From Salinivibrio sp. ES.052 (GTDB taxonomy: Bacteria; Pseudomonadota; Gammaproteobacteria; Enterobacterales; Vibrionaceae): DNA of 24,000 nt. Where the stretch lies: the NCBI RefSeq assembly GCF_900141775.1, contig NZ_FSRI01000001.1, positions 628,251 to 652,250 of the forward strand, given 5' to 3'. Both the position numbers and the translations under genes were made by a program. Positions 9,671 through 17,120 of this stretch are shown piece by piece (the first letter of the stretch is position 1; every line of letters begins with the position of its first letter). A model generated the notes under the pieces. It ran no database searches. It was not told where the DNA came from and saw only the letters and a list, made by a program, of their open reading frames with translations.

Positions 9671-10174
9671 ATGAAAGTAACAGGGACATTATTCATACTG
9701 TGTGGAAAGATGGGCGCGGGGAAATCAACGTTTAGCCAAACACTGGCAAAGCAAGAAAGAGCCATGCTGATTTCAGAGGATGATTGGTTAGCGGCCCACT
9801 ATGGAGAAAAGATCCAGTCATTTGACGACTACCGATACTACTCAAATTTAATCAAACCTTTTATCAAAGAACATGTCCAGCGCCTGTTATTGCTTGGGGT
9901 TAAAGTCGTGATGGACTTTCCCGCTAACACTAAAAAGCAAAGGGGGTGGCTTCTTTCCTTATGTCGTGATGTGGGCGGTGAACACACTCTGTTTTATCTT
10001 GATGTCTCCGATGAACAATGCTTGTTACAGATTGGACAACGACGTATTTCGCAGCCGGAGCGAGCTCACTTTGATACCGAGGCGGTCTTTCATCATGTCA
10101 CCCAGTACTTTGAGCCTCCTCAAGGCAGTGAGGGGTTGAATATTGTCCGTGTTGAAAACACAAATGTTGGATGA
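9671..10174 (+). CDS. Small P-loop NTPase / kinase-like ATP-binding protein (AAA_33-like)
   Basis: ATG 9671 follows GAGGGA. Walker A is LCGKMGAGKST and the Walker-B-like strand is VKVVMDF. At about 167 aa it is the size of a small-molecule kinase. Confidence 0.6.
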   Translation: MKVTGTLFILCGKMGAGKSTFSQTLAKQERAMLISEDDWLAAHYGEKIQSFDDYRYYSNLIKPFIKEHVQRLLLLGVKVVMDFPANTKKQRGWLLSLCRDVGGEHTLFYLDVSDEQCLLQIGQRRISQPERAHFDTEAVFHHVTQYFEPPQGSEGLNIVRVENTNVG

Positions 10175-10241
10175 ATACTTTACGACTGGCGAGATAAAGG
10201 TGGCTGTGGCGGTCGTCGCTATGTTTACGTGATTCAACCGG

Positions 10242-10298
10242 TGTCATGCATTGATCATGGTATCGTCATGCAACGTTATAGTACTTGTCATGTATATT
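10242..10298 (+). promoter_or_regulatory. Array of five phased TGTCAT-like direct repeats (Pho-box-like) plus candidate -10 TATATT
   Basis: The hexamers are TGTCAT 10242-10247, GATCAT 10253-10258, CGTCAT 10264-10269, CGTTAT 10274-10279 and TGTCAT 10286-10291, with spacings of 11, 11, 10 and 12 bp. TATATT is at 10293-10298. The downstream ATG is at 10356. Confidence 0.5.
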
Positions 10299-10355
10299 CA
10301 CTATCTTTTTGATTCTGCTAGGTTGTTGGCCTGGTCACATATCAAGGAGTAAGTT

Positions 10356-11231
10356 ATGACGGTCTGTCGCTGCCTCATGGTCCTTATGGGCACGATTCTG
10401 ATGAGTACTATGGTGAAGGCTAATCCTGATGTCATCTCCCGCGAGTACAAGGTGATGCTGGACGTCGGCCAATTTACCTACCAGAGCGAAGCTGTGTCTT
10501 TGGAGAAGCTGCTGGCAATGGTCGAGACCAAAATTGAGTCGGTTATTGCGCGTGATGTTTCTGGTAGTGCGTACTTAGCCAAACAGCGGAATGTGCGGTT
10601 TTTTGACGTCCAGGGCTCCTGTTCGCTCCGTCAAACGGGCTATTCTTTCCGCGAGCGTATAGAAAACGGCCTCTCGGACGTTACTCTCAAGTTCCGCAGT
10701 CAAGATCGCTATATTTCAGACTATGAAGACGTATCGTCTTCCACTTATGGTGCTGAGACCAAGTTGGAGTCTGATATAGGGTCGACCTCAACTGAGCCTT
10801 TTAGAGTGGTATACAGTCACTCTACTAAGGTTCCCAATTCGCGAAAAATCAACAAAATTAAAGATATAAATCATCATTTTCCCGGTTTTGAGGATGACTA
10901 TGGGCTTGCTGATCAGGAAGACCTTTCGCTGGTGGGTAACCTAGTGATTCATGAACATGTTTACCGTGGGGTGGAGATTGACTTGGGCCAGCACGATGCC
11001 GAAATCAGTGTGACTCTCTGGTACCAAAAGGGGGCATTGGGTTTTCATTCACCGTTGGTTGCTGAACTGTCATTCCGCTATGAGGATGGATCTGCTGATT
11101 ATACGCGGAAGGTGGTTAATCGGGCGACCAAGTCCTTTGAGGTGCTCAAGTCCTTGCTTCCATGGGTCTCATCCGATTCTCAGACCAAGACGGCCTTCGT
11201 CTACGGCTTTAACCCTGAATTTTGCCAGTGA
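10356..11231 (+). CDS. Exported hypothetical protein with a possible CYTH / triphosphate-tunnel-metalloenzyme-like fold
   Basis: AAGGAG lies 5-6 nt before ATG 10356. The N-terminal hydrophobic signal-like segment is MVLMGTILMSTMVKA. Charged residues alternate on predicted beta-strands in CYTH order: REYKVML, VRFFDV, YSFRERI, VTLKFRS, ETKLESD, VYRGVEIDL, AELSFRYE. The fold call is pattern recognition only. Confidence 0.35.
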   Translation: MTVCRCLMVLMGTILMSTMVKANPDVISREYKVMLDVGQFTYQSEAVSLEKLLAMVETKIESVIARDVSGSAYLAKQRNVRFFDVQGSCSLRQTGYSFRERIENGLSDVTLKFRSQDRYISDYEDVSSSTYGAETKLESDIGSTSTEPFRVVYSHSTKVPNSRKINKIKDINHHFPGFEDDYGLADQEDLSLVGNLVIHEHVYRGVEIDLGQHDAEISVTLWYQKGALGFHSPLVAELSFRYEDGSADYTRKVVNRATKSFEVLKSLLPWVSSDSQTKTAFVYGFNPEFCQ

Positions 11232-11294
11232 TACCCAGCCTCAAGGGATTGAGCACTGCGTTGTAATCTTTACGCGATAAAAAGGAAATAGACA

Positions 11295-12731
11295 ATGAAG
11301 TCGATAAATAAATGTAAGCTGCTCTTGGCACCTCTAATGGCATCTATCGTGCTCGCAGGTTGTAACTACAGCAACAATGATACAAGAAACGCCAGCACCT
11401 CCATGTTTGACAGTTATCCGGCGGAGGGGGTGTTTCTGCCTTACAACGTGTTGAGGAATGATCTGATTGACGCTAAGTCTCAGAAGGTTTTTGAGATTCG
11501 TAAGGGTGGTTTCGGCTCGGCAATGACAGCCCATCCCTCGGATGCGAACCGCTTTTATGCTCTCACTGATCGGGGCCCTAATGCCAAGTACAAAGGCGAC
11601 CAAGGAAAAGGAAAAATATTCCCAACACCGGACTATACCCCGCGCATTGGATTATTTGAGGTAAAGGCGAACGGTCAAATTGAGCAAATTGATATGATTT
11701 TGCTGAGGCGCCCCGACGGATTGCCGATCACTGGCCTACCCAATAGCTCTGCCTTGGGTGGAACCGGTGAAACGCCGTACCATGCTGACGGCCGACCGAT
11801 CCTTGAAAATGATAGTCAGCCCTACGATGAAACCACCAACCCGTTTGTGCTTGACGATTATGGTTTGGACGGGGAGGGATTGGTGGCTCTATCAGACGGT
11901 ACTTTCTGGGTCAGTGATGAGTATGGTCCCCATATTGTTCATTTTGATGCTAAAGGCCGGGAGATCGGTCGTATAAACGCTTTTGCCAACGATGAGCGGG
12001 TTGACTTAACCTTGCCAGCGGAATTCGGTAACCGCCGCGCTAATCGCGGAATGGAGGGACTGGCTGTTACGCCGGATGAGAAAACTCTTGTAGGAATGAT
12101 GCAATCAACGATGTATAACCCCAGCAACGCTGTGAAGGATTTAGACATTACTCGCATCGTGACGGTTAACCTTGAGTCCGGCAGCATCGGGCAGTACCTC
12201 TACCGTCAGGAAAAGCGCCAAAACTCCAACTCCGAAATTGTCGCTCTGAGCGCTACGCAGTTTCTAGTGATCGAGCGTGATGGCAACTTTCTCTATGGTG
12301 GCCCCAATGGTGAAAAAGCAGCGGCACCGGATGCGCAAAAGCAGATCTATCGCATTGATCTTGCCTCTGGAACCAATCTTGAAACAATCACAGACAGTGG
12401 TGACATTGAACAGGATACAGAGCGCGGCCTGACATTGTCTGGTAGGACACTAGAGGAGTTCGTTCTCGAGCAGGGTTGGAGTGCCTTAGCCAGCGCTGGG
12501 ATTAGGCCTGTCAGCAAGTCCTTATTGGTCGATATGGTTGCTAAAGTAAACTATCCGCACGATAAAATGGAGGGCTTGTGGGTGATTGACGATCGTCACT
12601 TAGGGGTATTGAATGACGACGACTTTGCTACCTGGGCCACCAGTGGTGAGTTGGAGCAGAAGATGTTGGATACCAATACCGTAGATGGTAATCGATTATT
12701 CATTGTCGAGGCTGACCTCAGCACTCAATGA
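11295..12731 (+). CDS. Lipoprotein, esterase-like-activity-of-phytase family (PF13449-like beta-propeller)
   Basis: AAGGAA precedes ATG 11295. The lipobox is VLAGC (Cys23). Motifs FYALTDRGPN, DGEGLVALSDGTFWVSDEYGPHIVHFD, MEGLAVTPDEKTL and KMEGLWVID are typical of the phytase-like esterase family. It lies 63 bp after the upstream gene on the same strand. Confidence 0.6.
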   Translation: MKSINKCKLLLAPLMASIVLAGCNYSNNDTRNASTSMFDSYPAEGVFLPYNVLRNDLIDAKSQKVFEIRKGGFGSAMTAHPSDANRFYALTDRGPNAKYKGDQGKGKIFPTPDYTPRIGLFEVKANGQIEQIDMILLRRPDGLPITGLPNSSALGGTGETPYHADGRPILENDSQPYDETTNPFVLDDYGLDGEGLVALSDGTFWVSDEYGPHIVHFDAKGREIGRINAFANDERVDLTLPAEFGNRRANRGMEGLAVTPDEKTLVGMMQSTMYNPSNAVKDLDITRIVTVNLESGSIGQYLYRQEKRQNSNSEIVALSATQFLVIERDGNFLYGGPNGEKAAAPDAQKQIYRIDLASGTNLETITDSGDIEQDTERGLTLSGRTLEEFVLEQGWSALASAGIRPVSKSLLVDMVAKVNYPHDKMEGLWVIDDRHLGVLNDDDFATWATSGELEQKMLDTNTVDGNRLFIVEADLSTQ

Positions 12732-12746
12732 TACACCGATATGTCT

Positions 12747-12767
12747 GTCGCCCGAAAGCCGGGCGAC
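12747..12767 (+). other. GC-rich stem-loop after the phytase-like gene (terminator-like but without a U-tract)
   Basis: GTCGCCCG-aaagc-CGGGCGAC forms an 8-bp stem. It is followed by a C7 run, not T. Confidence 0.3.
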
Positions 12768-12866
12768 GCCCCCCCGATCCAAAAAGGCTGAATGGCTATG
12801 GACTAGTCACTGCATAGTGTTTCTGTTGGTAACGGGCAGTAATGCCTGAAAAAATGGGTGTTACCA

Positions 12867-12875
12867 TGCTAGAAT
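12867..12875 (+). promoter_or_regulatory. Candidate extended -10 promoter (TGcTAGAAT) upstream of queH
   Basis: TG is at 12867-12868 and TAGAAT at 12870-12875, 65 nt upstream of ATG 12941. Confidence 0.35.
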
Positions 12876-12940
12876 TCGCTGCATACGCAAATATATGAAT
12901 ATTGGCGTTTTATCTTTTGCATTGCGAACACGGAATTGTC

Positions 12941-13603
12941 ATGTCTGAATTTACACGCGCACCGTTGCCTTTACCGCCTGACTTTGATCGCGACCACGAC
13001 CAGTTATTACTCCATTCATGTTGTGCCCCTTGTTCGGGAGAAGTGATGGAAGCGATACAAGCAAGTGGGATCCGTTACAGCATCTTCTTTTATAATCCCA
13101 ACATCCATCCGGCCAAAGAGTATGAAATTCGTAAGCAGGAGAATATTCGCTTTGCAGAAGATCATGATGTGCCGTTTATCGATATGGATTACGACACGGA
13201 TAACTGGTACGCCAGAGCAAAGGGGATGGAGTTTGAGCCCGAGCGCGGAATACGATGCACCATGTGCTTTGACATGCGGTTTGAGCGCACCGCGCTATAT
13301 GCCGCCGAACATGATTTTCGATTTATCAGCAGCTCACTGGGTATCTCGCGCTGGAAGAACATGCAGCAAATTAATGACTGTGGCCATCGCGCAGCGGCTC
13401 CCTATCCAGATGTCCAATACTGGGATTACAACTGGCGCAAGCAAGGCGGTAGCCAGCGCATGATAGAAATCAGCAAGCGCGAGCGTTTTTATCAGCAGGA
13501 ATACTGCGGGTGTATTTATTCGCTGCGGGATACGAATAAACACCGCCTAGCGCAAGGACGCGAGCGAATTAAACTCGGCGTGCAATACTACGGCGACGAT
13601 TAA
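12941..13603 (+). CDS. queH: Epoxyqueuosine reductase QueH (DUF208)
   Basis: Cys motifs [19 protein letters not shown] and QEYCGCIYS, plus FFYNPNIHP. This is the characteristic QueH pattern. ATG 12941 is preferred over the tracked TTG at 12902. Confidence 0.8.
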   Translation: MSEFTRAPLPLPPDFDRDHDQLLLHSCCAPCSGEVMEAIQASGIRYSIFFYNPNIHPAKEYEIRKQENIRFAEDHDVPFIDMDYDTDNWYARAKGMEFEPERGIRCTMCFDMRFERTALYAAEHDFRFISSSLGISRWKNMQQINDCGHRAAAPYPDVQYWDYNWRKQGGSQRMIEISKRERFYQQEYCGCIYSLRDTNKHRLAQGRERIKLGVQYYGDD

Positions 13604-13625
13604 AACTAAACCGCTGACACCAGCG

Positions 13626-13650
13626 AAGGGCGCCGTTTCGGCGCTTTTTT
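13626..13650 (+). terminator. Rho-independent terminator after queH
   Basis: GCGCCG-ttt-CGGCGC followed by TTTTTT. Flanking A/G residues can extend the stem. Confidence 0.7.
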
Positions 13651-13719
13651 CTCCACTCAATGAGAATGCCCACCGCATTGCAATGTGTGCGCAAATTAAC
13701 AGCTTGGTGATGCTTTTCC

Positions 13720-13747
13720 TTACAGGTAGGGCAGAAACCCCTAATAT
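13720..13747 (+). promoter_or_regulatory. Candidate sigma70 promoter (-35 TTACAG, -10 TAATAT, 16-bp spacer)
   Basis: TTACAG is at 13720-13725 and TAATAT at 13742-13747, about 30 nt before GTG 13780. Confidence 0.35.
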
Positions 13748-13779
13748 GTTAATAAATTGTACCGTGCGATAAAGGCCCC

Positions 13780-14664
13780 GTGACCGAACTGATTGCTCAT
13801 CCCGAATGGCTACTGCTTGTGCTGGCTCCCGTGTTTTTCTTATGCATGTTGGGAGAGTACTGGGTGGCGCTGCGCCGCGGAAAATTGGGCGACAACGCCC
13901 GTTATTACGTGCCGGAAGTGCTTTGCAATTTTACCTTGGCGGGGTTGCATCAAGCTGCAGATTTACTGACCGGGTTACTGATTGCCAAGGTCTATTTATG
14001 GTGGTTTGGCTGGCGGTTGTTCGATATTGAGATGTCGGTGAGCCTGTTTTTACTGCTGATGGTCGCGCAGGATTTTTGTTATTACTGGTTTCATCGCGCC
14101 AGCCATCGTGTTCGCTGGATGTGGGCGGCGCATGTGGTGCATCATAGCTCTGAGCGGATGAACTTTAGCACCGCGTTTCGCCAAAGCCTAATGTACCCGC
14201 TGGCAGGGATGTGGCTGTTTTGGCTGCCGCTTGTAGTGATTGGGTTTCCGCCACAATGGGTCGTGTTTGTTGTACTGCTGAATTTAGGGTTACAGTTTTT
14301 TGTTCACACCCAATGGATAAAGACACTGGGGCCTGTGGAGTGGATTTTTAATACCCCGTCTCATCATCGCGTTCACCATGGCGTGAATCCTCAGTACATC
14401 GACAAAAACTACGCGGGCATTTTAATTATTTGGGACAAGTTATTTGGCACCTTCGAGCCTGAGTCTGAGCCGGTGCGCTATGGGATCCCCAAGCCAGTGA
14501 ATAGTTTCAACCCTCTGGTGGTGACCTTTGCAGAATGGCAACAAATGTGGCGAGACGCCACGCAGCCCGGTCTGAGTTTTCGGCAAAGATGGCAGTGCTT
14601 GTTTGCACCACCAGAACAAACACAAGGTCACACGACAGACGTGGAAGCATCACGTGAGAGGTAG
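13780..14664 (+). CDS. Fatty acid hydroxylase / sterol desaturase family membrane di-iron oxygenase
   Basis: Histidine boxes HRASHRVRWMWAAHVVHHSSE and SHHRVHHG sit in a multi-TM hydrophobic context. The GTG start has AAAGG upstream, so the start is uncertain. Confidence 0.7.
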   Translation: MTELIAHPEWLLLVLAPVFFLCMLGEYWVALRRGKLGDNARYYVPEVLCNFTLAGLHQAADLLTGLLIAKVYLWWFGWRLFDIEMSVSLFLLLMVAQDFCYYWFHRASHRVRWMWAAHVVHHSSERMNFSTAFRQSLMYPLAGMWLFWLPLVVIGFPPQWVVFVVLLNLGLQFFVHTQWIKTLGPVEWIFNTPSHHRVHHGVNPQYIDKNYAGILIIWDKLFGTFEPESEPVRYGIPKPVNSFNPLVVTFAEWQQMWRDATQPGLSFRQRWQCLFAPPEQTQGHTTDVEASRER

Positions 14665-14704
14665 CGGTTTTCCATCGTGTGGACAAGCTAACATATTCTA
14701 AGAA

Positions 14705-14735
14705 AATAACCCTTTATTCTCATAGGGTTATTTTT
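14705..14735 (+). terminator. Rho-independent terminator
   Basis: AATAACCCT-ttattctcat-AGGGTTATT followed by TTT(T). Confidence 0.7.
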
Positions 14736-14761
14736 AGAACTCAGCTTGTCAGGAGTCCCGC

Positions 14762-16321
14762 ATGACCGACGCTATGCATGCCATTGTTACCCATCCGCAC
14801 TTAACCCCTTCGCAGAAAACGTTAGCGCTCGCTGCGCAAGCCGATGCGGCTTTACCCTACGTACCTTGCAGCCGAGCGCTCGTGGCTGCGATGGAGCAGG
14901 GGGTGATAGGCGATATGTTTGAGGGTCACGCTCCCTTTAAGCCGCGTTATGTGTTGCCCGATTATGCCCGCTTTTTAAAACGTGGCTCGGAGTATTTGGC
15001 GTTGACGCCGGCAACCGATCTAGAGGACGCGCTGATGAAGCTCATGGTGCTGTACCATCATGTGCCTTCAGTGACTAATATCCCGGTGTTTTTGGGCTAC
15101 CTCGATCAACTCTTGCTGCCGTATTGCGATGATGTGAGTGATGAACATTTGTATCACGCGCTAAAGCGATTCTGGATCCAGCTCGACAGAACACTGCCAG
15201 ACGCATTTATGCATGCCAATATTGGCCCAGATGATAATCGTGTTTGTCGCATGATTTTGCGCATCGACGCAGAACTGCAGCAAGTTGCCCCCAACCTGAC
15301 CTTGATGGTGGATCCGTCTCGTACCCCGCGCACCCTAGTTCGGCAGGCGACAGATAACATCATTGCCTGTAGCAAGCCACATATTGCTAACTGGCCGGTA
15401 CACCAGGCCACATTTGGTGATGCAGAGGCTCACTGGCCCAATATGGGGATTGTGAGTTGCTACAACGCGCTACCGATTGGAGGCGGCGCGAACACCTTGG
15501 TACGTCTTAACTTAAAAAAAGTCGCAGAAGAAGCAAATGATCTCTCGACATTGCTCTTGCACACCTTGCCGCATTACGGTGCATTGATGGTGGAGCTGAT
15601 CGATGCACGCAGTCACTTCCTGCATCAAGAATCACATTTTTTTAATAGCTTCCTAGTGCAGGAAGGCTTGATTGATGAGAAAAAATTTTTGCCGATGTTT
15701 GGCGTGTACGCGATGGCTGAAGCAGTCAATACCCTGATGGCACGGCAAGGCTTATGTGGCGAATATGGTCACGATGCAGTGGCGAATGAGATGGCGCATG
15801 ACATTACCAAAGCATTAAGTAGGTTTGTGGCAGATACTCCAGTGAAGCATGGCTGGCGTGGGCGAGCGTTGCTGCATGCACAAGGTGGGTTATCCATTGA
15901 CCAAGAGACCACACCGGGGGTGCGGATTCGTTACGGTTATGAACCGGATCCTGTCACCCATTTACAGGCGCTTGCGCCATTACACCCTTACTTTGAAGCG
16001 GGTGTGAGCGAGATCCTGACATTGGATGACACCATTAAAGGCAATCCCGATGCATTAACCGATTTATGTTTAGGGGCGTTGCAATCCGGGCTGCGTGAAT
16101 TCACGGCGAATACAGATGGGAATGATCTCGTGCGTATCACCGGCTATATGGTGAAAAAGTCCGAGATTGCCCAGTTCAAACAATCGGGCTCTCGGACCAA
16201 TACCACGGTATTGGGCGCAGAAGCTTCTGAGATGACGACAGTGACAGCGCGGCAGCCGCGAGTTGTGAGTGCGGAGTTTCTCGCCGGCGCGCGTTGGACG
16301 GACACTCATGAGCCATCCTAA
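14762..16321 (+). CDS. yjjI: YjjI-family glycine radical enzyme (DUF3029)
   Basis: AGGAG precedes ATG 14762. At 519 aa it is close to E. coli YjjI as I recall it. The glycyl-radical-type motif RITGY is at codons 458-462 (nt 16133-16147). An activase gene follows immediately, as in E. coli yjjI-yjjW. Confidence 0.75.
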   Translation: MTDAMHAIVTHPHLTPSQKTLALAAQADAALPYVPCSRALVAAMEQGVIGDMFEGHAPFKPRYVLPDYARFLKRGSEYLALTPATDLEDALMKLMVLYHHVPSVTNIPVFLGYLDQLLLPYCDDVSDEHLYHALKRFWIQLDRTLPDAFMHANIGPDDNRVCRMILRIDAELQQVAPNLTLMVDPSRTPRTLVRQATDNIIACSKPHIANWPVHQATFGDAEAHWPNMGIVSCYNALPIGGGANTLVRLNLKKVAEEANDLSTLLLHTLPHYGALMVELIDARSHFLHQESHFFNSFLVQEGLIDEKKFLPMFGVYAMAEAVNTLMARQGLCGEYGHDAVANEMAHDITKALSRFVADTPVKHGWRGRALLHAQGGLSIDQETTPGVRIRYGYEPDPVTHLQALAPLHPYFEAGVSEILTLDDTIKGNPDALTDLCLGALQSGLREFTANTDGNDLVRITGYMVKKSEIAQFKQSGSRTNTTVLGAEASEMTTVTARQPRVVSAEFLAGARWTDTHEPS

Positions 16322-17120
16322 GCAGGAGAAAACATCGGGGCCAGTGGCTCGGGTTGCAAGTGTGTTGCCCTATTCCTGTGTCGATGGTCCCGGTAATCGG
16401 ATGGTATTTTTTCTACAAGGTTGCCAATTTCGTTGCCCGGGGTGCCACAACCCTGAAACCATTGAGCGTGACAGTGCAAGCGCATTCGATATGTCTTTGG
16501 CCGAGGCAGTGACGGCGATTTATCAACAACGGCACTTTATTCGTGGAATTACCGTCAGTGGTGGTGAGGCCAGTCTGCAATGGCGCTTTGTCCGCGTGCT
16601 TTTTCGCGCGGTCAAACAGCACTCTGAATTAGCGCACCTTACATGCTTGATCGACACTAACGGCGGCGTGCCATGCCAGCGTTGGCAGGCGTTGTCACCC
16701 TATATGGACGGTGCCATGGTGGATATGAAAGCATGGGGAAATGACGCGCACCGGGCCTTGACCGGGCATTCGTCCCGCCGTGTGCGTGATAGCCTAAGTT
16801 GGCTGGCGAAGCAGGGAAAATTGCACGAAGTGCGGCTGTTACTGATCCCCGGGTATACCGACTGGCAAGCTAATCTGTCGCCACTTTGTGCCTATTTATA
16901 TGATTTGCAGCAAATGCAGTTGGCGCAGGGAAATGTGTTTTCCGTACGTTTAAATGGCTTTCACCGCGCAGGCGTGACGGGCGATGCCACCAATTGGCCA
17001 GAGGCAACACAAGCGCATCTCGATACCATAAAAATCGCCTTGCAAACGGCAGGACTGCAATCCGTGACCATGCCACCACCTGAGTTACTGCCTATCGAGC
17101 AAAGTTCGCTCTCGGTGTGA
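16308..17120 (+). CDS. yjjW: YjjW-family glycyl-radical enzyme activating protein (radical SAM)
   Basis: The motif SCVDGPGNRMVFFLQGCQFRCPGCHNPE contains the CxxxCxxC cluster (nt 16422-16445), with an activase-type GGE motif in VSGGEA. ATG 16308 overlaps the yjjI stop by 14 nt. Confidence 0.8.
   Translation: MSHPKQEKTSGPVARVASVLPYSCVDGPGNRMVFFLQGCQFRCPGCHNPETIERDSASAFDMSLAEAVTAIYQQRHFIRGITVSGGEASLQWRFVRVLFRAVKQHSELAHLTCLIDTNGGVPCQRWQALSPYMDGAMVDMKAWGNDAHRALTGHSSRRVRDSLSWLAKQGKLHEVRLLLIPGYTDWQANLSPLCAYLYDLQQMQLAQGNVFSVRLNGFHRAGVTGDATNWPEATQAHLDTIKIALQTAGLQSVTMPPPELLPIEQSSLSV

Noticed and set aside
10356-11231. Apparent low GC of the CYTH-like gene as a sign of horizontal transfer. Hand counts give 21 and 24 G+C in the 60-nt lines starting at 10801 and 10861, against 34 in the line starting at 15001.
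   Set aside because: This rests on only three hand-counted lines, and the adjacent phytase-like gene contains GC-rich lines. A sliding-window GC and codon-usage calculation over the whole genome is needed before making any claim.
8634-12767. A possible genomic island integrated at tRNA-Ser
   Set aside because: There is no integrase, transposase or phage gene, and I found no direct repeat of the tRNA-Ser 3' end downstream. The idea is not supported without comparative genomics.
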